This document shows positions 41,140 to 53,211 of a DNA stretch of 64,000 nt, piece after piece; within the stretch, counting starts at the first letter, position 1; the number at the start of each line of letters is the position of its first letter. The notes under the pieces were generated by a model. That model searched no databases, was not told the DNA's origin, and saw only the letters and a program-made list of their open reading frames with translations. Source of the DNA: Fonticula alba ATCC 38817 (lineage: Eukaryota; Protista; Nucleariida); the NCBI GenBank assembly GCA_000388065.2, contig KB932208.1. The stretch is one strand, 5' to 3'. Position numbers and translations under genes: made by a program.

Positions 41140-43062
41140 ATGGACAACATCCCCACCAACGTCAGCTGGGCCGAGCTGGCCGGGCAGATGGTCGACACGG
41201 AGTCGCCGATGGGCCGGCTCTCGCTGCAGGCCTTCCACCTGCTTGACCAGTTCCTCTACCCCTCCGGGCCGCCGACCGAGACGCTGACCCTCACGTCGCG
41301 ACTGCTGATCGACGTCAAGAATGTGATCGTCATTTTTGCGCTCTTCCGCCTGCTTTCGCCCTTTGTGCTGGATGTCATCCGCCACGGCCCGGTGGTGGTG
41401 GCCGGCGAGTATCGCGATGCCCTGATGCGCACGGTCTTCACCATGGGCAAGGCCATTCCGGCGGTCCGCCGTCGCATTGACCGCGAGCTGGCCGGCGCGA
41501 AGCAGCAGATCGAGCAGCAGGTGGCCCCGGTGTTCCCGGGGATCAACCGGTATGCGGCCCTGCCCGAGCGCGGCCTCTCGGTGGACGAGGTGAAGCAGGC
41601 GCTGGATCGCCATGCCGAGCTGGGCACCGTCCAGCTGGAGAAGGGTCGTGCCTCGGGCACCCTGTACTGGGGTGGAACCGACATCACCGAGCTCAGCGTG
41701 CACTCCTTCGAGCGCTTCACCTGGAGCAACCCCCTGCATGCGGACATCTTCCCCGGTGTGCGGAAGATGGATGCCGAGGTGGTGGCCATGTGCCTGGACA
41801 TGTTCAATGCCGGTCCGAATGCCGGTGGCACCACGACCAGTGGCGGAACCGAAAGTCTGCTCCTGGCCTGTAAGGCGCATCGGGACTGGGCCCGCGCCAC
41901 GCGTGGCGTCACCGAGCCGGAGATGTGCGTCTGGCATTATTCTTTCCCCCTTTTCATGTCCCTTCTTCCTGGGTCCTCCTCTCTCTCTCTCTCTCTCTCN
42001 NNNNNNNNNNNNNNNNNNNNNNNNNNNNNNNNNNNNNNNNNNNNNNNNNNNNNNNCCCCCCCTCTCTCTCTCTCTCCCTCTCTCACTCTCGCTCTCGGTC
42101 TCTCCTCCTTTCTGACGTCCCTCCTCCTCGGTCGGTGGCCCCCATCAGGATTGTCCCGGTCACGGCGCATGCTGCCTTTGACAAGGCGGCCAGCTACTTC
42201 AACATCAAGATCTACAAGGTGGGCATCGATGGCAAGACCGGCAAGGTCAACCTGGCTGGCGTGCGCCGTCTGATCAACCGGAATACCATCATGGTGCGTC
42301 ATCCGGGCGCCCCATTCTCCGGCCCCTGGCTTTTTGCCCTGCCTCGGGGAGCATGTTGCCCTCTTTCTTCCCGTCTCGTGGCCACTCTGCTGACCCTGCC
42401 GGCCTTTGTTCGCTTGCCCTGCCGGCCTTTGCTCGCCGGACAGCTTGTTGGCTCGGCTCCCGGGTTCCCCCATGGGATCGTCGATGACATTGAGGCTCTG
42501 GGTCGGATGGCGCGCCGCGCTGGCATTGGCCTGCATGTGGATTGCTGCCTCGGTGGCTTTGTGGTTCCATTCATGGAGGAGGCTGGCTTCCGCCTGCCCG
42601 GGCTCTTTGACTTCCGGGTGCCCGGGGTGACTTCCATCTCGTGCGACACGCACAAGTATGGCTTCGCGCCCAAGGGGTCCTCGGTGATCATGTACGCCAC
42701 GCGTGCCCTGCGGGCGTATCAGTACTTTGTGACGCCGGACTGGTCGGGCGGTATCTATGCCTCGCCGTCGATCGCTGGCAGCCGGCCTGGCGCCGTGCTG
42801 GCTGGTGCCTGGGCTACCATGGTGTACATGGGCCGTGCTGGCTATGTGGCTGCCACTCGGCAGATGGTGTCCGCCGCGCGGCGCCTGACTCAGGGCATCC
42901 GCGAGATCGAGGGGCTCTATGTGATTGGCGAGCCGCTGATCACGGTGGTGGCCTTTGCCAGCGACAAGTATGACATCTTCGTTGTCAGCGCCGAGATGAC
43001 CAAGCGTGGCTGGAACCTCAACACGCTGCAGTTCCCCTCCAGGTGCGCATCTCGCTCTCTCC

Positions 43063-43108
<46 letters not shown>

Positions 43109-43468
43109 AAACGAGTGGGAAATGGGGCCTGCACGGACTGCTTCTCTTGACCCCCGGCCCTGGGAAACTGACTCTCCTTTTTGTTCACCCTCTTCGCCCC
43201 TCCCCCCTGGCCCTGGACTGCCGCTCGATGTGTCCTCTTCGTGCTCCCCCCCCCCAGCATTCACTACTGCTGCACCATGCTCACCACTGACCAGGTGGTC
43301 AACCAGTTCCTCGCCGACCTGGGTGAGATTATGACCGAGGTTCGCCGGCACCCGGATGCCAAGCCCACCGGCACGGCGGCCATCTACGGCATGGCTGCCG
43401 CCCTGCCCGATCGGTCGATCATCTCCGAGGTGACCACCACCTTTGTGGATGCCCTGTACAAGGCGTAA
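41140..43468 (+). CDS. SGPL1: Sphingosine-1-phosphate lyase (PLP-dependent group II decarboxylase fold), multi-exon
   Basis: SGTLYWG, SNPLHADIFPGVRKMDAEVVAM, TSGGTESLLLACKA.RD, AHAAFDKAA.YF, LVGSAPGFPHG.VDDI, LHVDCCLGGF, SISCDTHKYGFAPKGSSV (PLP Lys), SPSIAGSRPG. N-terminal TM segment. Confidence 0.96.
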
Positions 43469-43910
43469 GACAGAGGCATCCCACAGGAGGCGGCACGGGG
43501 GGCCGGCGGAGCATACTTGGCAGGCATGCCGCCCCCCCCCCCCCCTTCCCCTTTTTGTGTGCCCCCAACCTGGCAATATAGTTCCCCATGGATTGTGGTT
43601 TCGGGGTCCGCTGGCACCTCGCTCTCGTGATGTGGTCACACCGCTCTTTGTTATTGGCCCGATGTTTGGTGGCCTTGCGTATGTGCATGTGTGTGGGTGT
43701 GTGTGCGGGGGCGGGGACGGAGACGGACGGTCGCCGGGGGGCGGGCCAGCGGGGAACGTCCCCGGCCGGCCGGTGCTTGACGCGGCATTTTTTTTTTCTC
43801 GGGGCGGGGCACTTCCTTTGAGCGGGAATCAAGCCATCATCTGCCCCCTCCTGTCGCCCTTTTGCCCCGACCATACCCTTCCGTCGCTTTTTTTCTCTGC
43901 CCTCCCCATC

Positions 43911-44647
43911 ATGTCCACACCCGCCAAGTCGGTCGTGGAGGATTCCCCGCCCGGCGTTGCCGCCGAGCAGCCCCCCCTGCGGGTGCCCTTCTCGGCCACC
44001 ATTCCTGACACGCCGATTGTCGTCTCGGCCATGAGCATGGACACTTTGCAGTCGGCCAAGTCCGACCTGGCCGACCGCATCCAGTCCCTGGTTACTGATG
44101 CCGGCAATTCGGTGAAGCACTGCATCCGGGGGACGAACGTGCAGAATGTATGTGCTTCCCTTTTCCCGCGCTCACACGTGTCCTTCCTCGGTTCGGCACG
44201 CCGATTTCCTGACCCATTTCTCCCGCCTCCCTCCTTGGATGTCCCTTCCTCGCTGGAAGGAGCTCGCACGAATGAGCAAGAACCTGGCACAGGCCGAGCC
44301 GGATATCCTGTCCACCGGCCAGGTGCGCCCGGAGCCCCTCTTGGCCCTGCTCGCACATGACGCACATCTAACCAGATCCCCCCCCTTCGCGGCTCCTCTT
44401 CTTTCTGCGACGGACAGAGCGTCCGGCAAATGCACATCAGCGTAAATACGCTCATTGGCCAGTGCGTTGGGTGTGTGTTTGCCGCCCTTCAACCTGATCT
44501 TCCACTGACTGCGTCTCCTTCTCCGTTTGGTCATTCTCCGCGGGCGCGCACCTGTGTGCTTGCAGGGCATACGAGGTTGAGCGGCACATGCAGGCCATCA
44601 GCTCGATCATCGAGCGGGCTGACCCGTCGATGTGGCTGGTCGAGTGA
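43911..44647 (+). CDS. BORC subunit 7-like protein (4 exons)
   Basis: Spliced LADRIQSLVTDAGNSVKHCIRGTNVQN-ELARMSKNLAQAEPDILSTGQ-SVRQMHISVNTLIGQ-AYEVERHMQAI parallels metazoan BORCS7 (L.EKV.....D.....KQ..KGS.S.E.L....RN....E..I......L.KM). Recognised from memory, not by search. Confidence 0.62.
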
Positions 44648-44832
44648 TTGCGCCCCTGCCCTCAGTGTTTCAGAATCAATGCATGTCAATCCCCTCATTT
44701 CTTCACGACTTTCCCTGATCCGCCCACTTGGCGTACACTTGATGGGCTCGGCTCGGTCGAGTGGCCGCAGGCGGGGAGGGAGAGAGAGAGAGGCAGCGGG
44801 AGAAGCCGAGAGAGCAAAGCAGAGGGGGAACC

Positions 44833-44870
<38 letters not shown>

Positions 44871-44874
44871 GAGG

Positions 44875-44940
<66 letters not shown>

Positions 44941-44980
44941 GAGAGAGAGACGGGGAGGGAGAGAGAGAGAGAGAGAGAGG

Positions 44981-45049
<69 letters not shown>
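44833..45049. repeat. (GA)n microsatellite, about 215 nt
   Basis: Long, slightly interrupted GA dinucleotide array between the BORCS7-like gene and STE24. Confidence 0.95.
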
Positions 45050-45052
<3 letters not shown>

Positions 45053-45423
45053 GGGAGGCGGGGGACAGGTAGGGACATATGCGCTTTCATGGCGGCTGGG
45101 CTGGGCCTGTTGCGAGGGTCGGGGCAGATCGCGGCCGATCATGGCCGATGCGTTGGCACTCTCGCTCGATGTGCTCCCAACCGAAGGCTTGCCCCCGCCC
45201 CGAAGGCCGCCGGAGGGCCGGTTGTCTGACTCACTTGGGTCGCAACAGGGCGGGCATCATTAGAGTGCCCCCGGGGCGGTGGTTCTGAGAAAGGTCTCCG
45301 GGTAGCTAGATCACCTCCCTTCGCGCCTTCCTGGGTTCCTTCCTCTCCCTGGCTGTCTTTCCTTCTCGCTCCCTCCCTCCCTGCCCCCCCCCCTCCCCCC
45401 CCCGCCCCTGTCGATACACCACC

Positions 45424-47110
45424 ATGGCTGACATCGCTTCCGGCTTGCTTGCCGCGAAGCCCGAGGTGGCCAGCCTCACGATCGCGGGCTTCAGCTTGAA
45501 ATCCATCCTCGCCACCTTTTTCCTGGCTACCTTCCTGTTTGAGGTGCGTCACGCTCCGGCCGATGTCGCATGCCCTGGGTGGCCCGCCGAAGGGATGAAG
45601 TGTCGAGGCGGGGACCGGGGAGGCTTCCTTCACATGCTCACACGTAGTCCCTCCGTACCTCCACCTGGCAGCGTTATATCTCGGTTCGGCAGATCCGGAT
45701 GACGCGCATCAAGAAGCGCCCGGCCATCTTGAATGGCATTGTCGACGATGACGAGAAGTTCCTCAAGACCCAGGGTATGTGTTCTCATCGGCCTGGGGGT
45801 CGCGCGCCGGAGCGTGTCCGGATCAGCCCCTCCTCTGCCCGTCTCTTCGCTGGCCATTCCTGACCTCCTCATGTGTCAGATTACTCCTACGACAAGCTGG
45901 TGTTCGGCTTCGTCACGTCGACCCTGGAGATGTTCAAGTCCATGGTCTTCTTCCACTTTGATCTGCTGAAGGCCACCTGGGATCTTTCGGCCCACCTGCT
46001 GGAGGCGTATGGTCCGGCTTCGCTTGCGGGCAACCAGCTGGCCATTTCGCTCATCCTGCAGAACATCCTCTTCTTGTCGGAGACCCTGTTGGAGCTGCCC
46101 CAGTCCCTGTATTACAACTTCGTCATTGAGGAGCGGGTGCGTGTCAAGCCGGCCGTTCGCCCCCCCCCNNNNNNNNNNNNNNNNNNNNNNNNNNNNNNNN
46201 NNNNNNNNNNNNNNNNNNNNNNNNNNNNCCCCCCGCGCGCGCACGCGCGCCAACATAGTATGGCTTCAACAAGCAGACCCTGCGGCTGTTTGCCACCGAC
46301 CAGGTGAAGAACCTCTTCATCAGCATGATCATCCAGACGGCCATCATCCTGCCCATCATTTATCTCATCGGGTGGGGCGGTGAGCGCTTCTACCTGTGGG
46401 TGTACTTCTTCCTGCTGGGTGCGTTTGCCTGCGTCATTTGTCACGCATGCCATGCCGGTGCTTGCTCGAGGCTGACAGCGGAGCGGCCTTTTCGCCGGCC
46501 CGGAAACCCCCTCTCCCACCGTCATCCAGCCTTCCAGCTGGTTTTCCTGAACATCTACCCGACGCTCATCCAGCCGCTCTTCAACAAGTATGAGCCTCTG
46601 CCGGAGGGGCCGCTGCGAGACACCATCTACAAGCTGGCCAAGAAGATCTCCTTCCCCCTGACCGCCATCTACACGGTGGACGGGTCAAAGCGTTCGGGCC
46701 ATGCCAACGGTGCGCCGGCTTTTGTTGCCTGGTAGCCAGCGAGTCAGCCAGAGTCACACGCCCCCCCCCCCCCCCCACCCCCCTCCCGCCCGTACCACCC
46801 CCCCCCCACCCTCCCGCTCTCACCCCCCCCCTCTCCCCCCATCCTCCTCAGCCTACTTCTACGGGTTCTTCANNNNNNNNNNCCATCCTCCTCAGCCTAC
46901 TTCTACGGGTTCTTCAATAACAAGCGCATTGTCATCTACGACACCCTGATCAAGTCCCTGGAGCTGCCGGAGGTGGAGGCCGTCATGGCGCACGAGCTGG
47001 GCCACTGGTACCACAGCCACAACCTCAAGAACATGGCCATCCAGTACGACAGATGCTTTCTTTTTCTCTTTTTCGCATAAAGCATCCTTCCTTCTGCTGG
47101 GCTTTCTTTT

Positions 47111-47141
<31 letters not shown>

Positions 47142-47886
47142 CCTGTCCCTCTCCGCCTCATTCATCCGTGATGGTCATCCCGTCGCCGCTCGGTGCCACT
47201 CCTCAGGCAAGTGTCCACCTTCTCGATGATGTATGCATTCAGCTTCTTCGTCTTCAACCGATCCCTCTATTCCTCCTTCGGCTTCCATGTGCCGGCGGAC
47301 CAGGAGCTGCCCTACCTGGTCGGGCTGACGCTCTTCCTCCAGTGCTGGTCGGCTCTGAACCTGGCCATGAAGCTTCTGATGGTGCGCCGTCGGGAGGGGG
47401 ATTCCTGCGCCGCGCCCCGCTTCGGGCATTGGGCCTCTCCTCGACTGACACCCTCGCTTGCTCCCCTTCTCCTCGCCTGGCCGTTTGGACGCAGAATATG
47501 GTGTCACGCTCGTTCGAGTTCCAGGCCGATGCCTTTGCCTGTGGGCTCGGCTATGGCAAGGTCCTGCGTTCGGGCCTGCTCAAGATGCAGCTGGAGAACA
47601 TGTCCCAAATGCTGCCGGACTCCCTGTACTCCGTACGATCACATCATGGCCGGGGAATGGGCTCTACGGCTCCTTCCTAGGCCGTTGCCTCTTCGCCCTG
47701 GGTGTTTGCTTTTTAAATGCCCGTCCCTTGTGCCTCTCCGTGCGCCCGCTGACTCCTTCTTCCCGCCATGACTGGCCTGCCAACTTGCGGCCCTTGCTTT
47801 GAACCGTGCAGCTGTACAACTACACCCACCCGCCGATGCTGGAGCGCATCTCGGCCATCGACAAGCTGCTCCAGAAGAAGGATTAA
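45424..47886 (+). CDS. STE24: CAAX prenyl protease 1 (M48 zinc metalloprotease), multi-exon
   Basis: [67 protein letters not shown] (HExxH), SRSFEFQADAFA, DSLYS.YNY.HPPMLERI. Confidence 0.96.
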
Positions 47887-48461
47887 GCATTCGCCCCCCC
47901 CCCCCCCCCCTTCGGTTCCTCCCCTCGAAGCCCGGTGCAATGCGCAGGGGCTGCTCGTTTCTCTTGAAGCATGCCATCTTCCCGGGGATGCCTTTGTACT
48001 GTGGGATACACATGCACACGAGCGATGTGTCGTGTATATTTTTTTCGATCAGCCCCACCCTTCCGGGGGGAGGAGACGGGGCGGGCGCGGGGACAGGGGG
48101 GGCGGGGGACGAGAAGTGGCCAAGGAGGAAGTTGGCCGATTTGGGCGCCTCTGTCCGCCGAAAAGGAGCTGGGGGAGGGGGGGGGGGAGGGGAACAAAAT
48201 TTCGATGATTGTTTATCTGCCTGGTCGAGGCGCTGCTACCGGAGCCGGCGAAGCGGGAGAGGGAAGATGGTCTTGCCGGGGAGCAACACAGCGAGCAACA
48301 AGCAGAGGGGAAGAGTGTGTGGGTGAGGGCTGGTGCCTGGCACTTGGGGACCCGGAACGGGGACAACCCTCATTCTAATGTGCGTGTGCGCTGGGGGCGT
48401 CGGTTTCCTTTTTTTTTTTTGCCACGGCGTGGTGGGGGCCTCCAAGCCGGGGAATGTCTCT

Positions 48462-48693
48462 TCACAGAATGACGCAGGGATCCGGGAAATGGTCAGCGGT
48501 GGAGTCATTAGGGGAGCCTACACCACCGAGGGTGCGATCGTCAAGTCGGGGGGGGGGGGGGGGGGGGGGCCTTTGCGACCTGGGGGGGAGAAGGAACAAA
48601 AAAGGCCGAGGACAGGAGGGGAGGGAGGGAAGTGGTGGCGGTCGAACGAGGCACGTAGCACGCACTGGTGGTGGTCTTGGCAATGATCTCCAT
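48462..48693 (-). CDS. Putative 27-aa CAAX-terminated (prenylated) peptide precursor, a-factor-like; exons 48693-48666 and 48517-48462
   Basis: Kozak context GCCGCCACG-ATG-G. GTGCGT donor at 48665 and TAG acceptor at 48518 join in frame, and the intron carries the C-run typical of introns here. Product MEIIAKTTTSSPNDSTADHFPDPCVIL-stop. Confidence 0.68.
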
Positions 48694-49046
48694 CGTGGCG
48701 GCGGACAGAGGGTTCTGTTGGTGTGGGGTGCGGCCAAGGGTGCTCAATGAGGGAACAGGTCCTGGGCGAGGTGTTTCCAAGGGAGGTGTGGCCGTGGTGG
48801 TAAGCGCGGCAATGACGGGGGTGACTCGGACGATCGAGGGTGGTGTGTGTGTAGCCTGGCAGAAGTGGAGCTCTGAGGTAGCCACGAGAGCCGGGGGATA
48901 GCGGGATATGGGCGATTGCACGAGGGGAATGACTTAACGACGAGAGGGGGGATGAGTGCGCATGCAGAGGCGTGTGCGTTTGGCAAGAGGAGCTGAGGAG
49001 GTGGTAGATGCTCTTTCGTGTTTGACCGGGGCCACAGGGCTGGGTC

Positions 49047-49054
49047 TTTTTATA
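49047..49054 (-). promoter_or_regulatory. TATA-like box (TATAAAAA) upstream of the CAAX-peptide gene
   Basis: An AT-rich TATAAAAA on the minus strand is rare in this GC-rich DNA and lies about 350 nt upstream of the peptide ATG. Function is inferred. Confidence 0.4.
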
Positions 49055-52000
49055 GGCCACCCCCGGGGGCCGTCAGGCTCGCCTCGTGGCGAGGAGGCAC
49101 CAGGAGGCAAGTTGTCCCCCAGACGCGATGTCCATCGGGGGGGGGGGGGGGGGGGGNNNNNNNNNNNNNNNNNNNNNNNNNNGTCCCTGGACAGCCGATG
49201 GCACATGGGCATGTGGTGCCGGGAAATTCCATACTGGCCGTGGCCCATGCGCTTGGCCGGCAATAGATCATCCAGGGCACCTGCACCTGCACCCGCGCCC
49301 ACACCGACACCCACACACAGACATACGCACACAGGGCCAGGGGACGGGAGGGAGCCCGCAGGAAGGAAAGGGCTCAAGAAGGGGGGCAAATTCACGGCAA
49401 GTGAGACACTTGGCCCCCGGCTGGCGCCCCCTGCGTGGCTCCGTCACGCCCCTGCGGCCCCCGGTCCCGATGCCGGTCTGGGGGGCGATTGTTATTGTTG
49501 GTCGTCTTTCCGGGAAGCGTGATGCTTCTTCGTCCGGTAGAGTGTTCATTAGCCGGGCTTGCGCCGAGCGGGTGCGCCCGCTGGATCTGGCTGTTTGCCC
49601 CCAGGGTAATGCCACACATGCGGACCGATTGTCGAGATGCCGGGCTGAGAGCCAATCGCGATCGGCGAGCAGGCAGATTGCGTGTTTGGGCTGCCCACTG
49701 GTCCTGCCGAAGCCCCGAACGGAGGGAGGCAGCGAGACCGGTGAAGAGTCGAGCGCATGTGCGGCGCTGGCGAGGGCGAGCATCGAGACCGGGGGCGGGG
49801 GGGGGGGGGGGGAGATATTCAGTGTCCGGGGGCGCCGGAGCTCCCGGGTGTGCGTTAGGGCTCGTCCAGGCGCGATGGGCTCATTGCGGGCAGATTGGCA
49901 ACGCAATTCGGACAAACGCAATGCTTGTCCGGCGTCGTGAGGCAACACTGGGACTAGCCCGGGATTTGGCCGGTGGTGGCCGGAGAAGCAAGGGCACCCC
50001 GTGTGGCGTGCGTCGGCCAAGGGCAGCCGGGCATACTTCGCCCCTCAGCGCCCGGCGGTCTCACACGAGGGCGGATGTGGCGGAAAAGGAGTAAGCGAGA
50101 TGGCGCACCCTGCTGAGCGGCCCAGCCAGTTGTAGGTCTGATGCCAGCGAATGGGCTCCGCCCCCGGGACCAGGGGCTGGGGAAAGCGGAATGCATGCAC
50201 CGGGGATGTCTGTCTGTCCGCCTGGCCTCGGCTGCCCCCCCCGGGGGGGGGGGGGGGGGGGGGGAGAGGGCGGGGCATGGGCCGCGAGGGGGATGGGTGG
50301 GACTGGCCGAGTCTGTCGGGCGGGGTCCGGTGGTCAGAGGGTGCGGGGAGAGGGCGGGGGGAGGGCGGGGGGAGGTGGGCTCCCATAGCTAGGAGGCCGT
50401 CATGCCTCCCGCTGCCAGAGGCGGCGCGCGCTCGGGCGGCATGGGCATAAGTGCCGGACATGGGCATGCTGCGCTCGCGGGTGAGTTCGGGAGCTTGGCT
50501 GTCGAAAAGGGGCAGGACGCCGGGCCGTGGACACATGTGAATGCGTGCTTGCGCATTCGGTTCTGCGCGAAGCTGCTCCTGTGTCCTGGCGTCGGATGAT
50601 GTCTGCTCGGATGGGTTGATGTCTACTCGTGCGCGTGCGGGGGCCGGGAGAAGGTGGCGATGCGAGTCGCTGGTCGAGCGGGGGGGGGGGGGGGGGGGGA
50701 CCTGGACGGGAGACGGGCACAAAGAAATTGGTGGCCGGGCTCGGGGAAATTGCGGTTTCTCCTACCTCCGGGGCCAATGAACCGGAGCGTCTGGACCCGC
50801 GCCGGCGAGGTATAGCAGGCAGGCAGGCAAATGAACCCCCCGGCGACGCGGCCCTTCCTTTCCTCCAGGCCTCCATGAGCGGGCGACATATTGCTGGGGG
50901 AGGAAAATTCGTGCCTGGAGATTGTTTCCCTGTTTCGGGCGTTTGTCAAGCGGATTTTCGTCCGGTGGCTCCATGACAAGGCTAGTTCCACCCTTCGCTC
51001 CTCGGCCGGTCTTGGCTGCCTTCCCGGTCTACCCTTCGCCCGGGCTGGTCCCTCCCGGCCGGTGTGCTCGATGGGCTGCCTGCCCGGCAAAGGGCTCGGC
51101 GCATCCTGGTGGCGACCTTCTCCGGGGCAAAAAAGGAAAAAAAAAACCCTCGCCCGCCCAGACCCGCGGGGGGCCGAGAGGGAACCATCTCTGGGTGTTG
51201 AGCTCCGCGAGCAGTGGCTCGTGGGCGGCCGACAAGCTGTCGCGAGTCTCGCGAGGCGCCACCACCGACTCTCCCCAGGCCAATGGGCCTTCGAGGTCCG
51301 GCCATGGGGGGATAAAACGCCGGACCCCTCGCTGGCTGGTGAGACCAGCGGCATGGCGGGAGCCATCCCCGGGGGTTCGCCCGAAACTGGCCCCCTCTGC
51401 CTCGGTCTCCCTCGGGGAAGATCCAGCGGGGCAGGCGGCCGGTCGGTCGAAAGACCAACGGTAGACGCCTGCGCTCGCCGCCTGCCTGCGCTCGCCTCCC
51501 CACGGCCGCGGCACTGAATAGAGGACAGGACCACTCGACAGGGGGCCCGTGCCCGGAAGCACCAAGCCGAGAAATGCCACCCCGAAGCGGGAGGTGACCC
51601 GGACGGGCTTTAACGGGTCGGGGTCACATAAAGACCATCGGCAGCATGGCCAGTGGCGGGGAATATCTTGACAAGCATGTCTGTCCGTTCCACATGCACC
51701 CCCCCCCCCCCCCCTTGCGAGGCGTGTGTGCTGTGTTTGAATATGTGCATATACGTGCGTATGATCGCGTGCGTGCGTGTGTGCCGAGGCGCTCGGCTCC
51801 CCGGGGTGTCTTCTTGTTTGGACGGTCGCCGATGGTGGGGGATTGTTTTTATTAGGAGGATAAACCAGCCACTCGGCCACGGGGCCGCTTCCCCGGGGAG
51901 AGGGCGAGTGTGTATGTATGTGTGTGGCGCCTGCCGGCCCTCCGGCGGCCTGGACGCACTTGCCGTTCGGTTGGGGGCATTGCCGAGACGGGGCACCCTG

Positions 52001-53211
52001 GGTAACTTGCTCGAGGGCGGAGAATGGCCCGGGCGGCGGAGGGAATAGATGAGCCACAGGTCCCTGGGGGTTTCACTGGGCCCCTGCCGGGGCGTGTTCC
52101 GGCGACTTCCTCGACGGAACTTAATCATTTCGCCCTTTCGGCCTCTCCCACCGGCCCGACGCCGAGACGCGTCGAGTCTTTGTCGGAGCCGTCAGAGAGG
52201 CCCGCCGGGAAGAGCCCCTGCCGAAGTGCGAGCGAGACCCCCCCCGGTGCTGGTCAAACATCGCTCTCTGGTGGAGCGCCTGCTCAACGCCTCACGTCTC
52301 GCGGTCCGGCAACATACACGTGCAGCTACTGACAGCGGGGGAGGGCGGGGGGGGGGGGGGGGGGATTTAAAATGCTTTCCTCGACACAGCACAGGCCCGC
52401 CGCGTGCTCGGGTGCAACCCCCATCGACCAAGGGATCGCGTCGGGCTGTTTTGTTGGCTGGCGTCGAAACCGCCGCGAGTCGGAAGGCCGGGACGCGGGG
52501 GTAGCCATCATGGCTGGGTGAGCTCTGCGTCGGGAAAGCTCTTCTGCCGCCTCCCGGCTGTCCGGCACGAATGCCGAACCAAACCGGCCGGACGCCGGGC
52601 AGGGCATTCGTGTGCACGGCTCACCCCTGTGCGCAGGTCCGCAGTGGATCTGGCATCGAGCCCGGGGGAGAAAACGCCCTCTCCCGTTGCCCTCCATCCG
52701 CGGCGGTCGCGTGCCCGGGGGGCGGGGGCGACCATGAGGGCCCCGAACGCGCCCCGCACCCTTTGGACCCGTGTCTCGGGCAGTGGAATTAACACGCTCG
52801 CGGGCCGGCCTCCTTGGCCAGTGGGTGCTGCCTGGAGAGTTCTGACCGGCAGGCCGGGTGATGGGGCAGACCGGGCGCAGGAACGAGGGAGGGGCCCGCC
52901 CAGGAAGGAAGAGCACACCATAAATATGTGGCCCCCCCCTGCCTGTCCCCCCGATCCGAGCGAGGCTGCCCAGATGTGGCTAGCCCACAACACCGCATGC
53001 CAACGCTCGGCATGGGTCGTCACGCGATGCCGGCCCGGCACCTTGGCGCGTAACCCGAGGTGGGTTAAGGAATGGAGGAAACTGGCGCGATTGCACTCCC
53101 CACAATGCGGTGTCGGCGGTGTTTTATTTCGATTGTGGCGTAGCACAAGTTCCGCCATTGGGGCGGTGCTCCTGCTCCAAGTGGGGAGGGCGCCCCCCAA
53201 AAAGGACCCCG

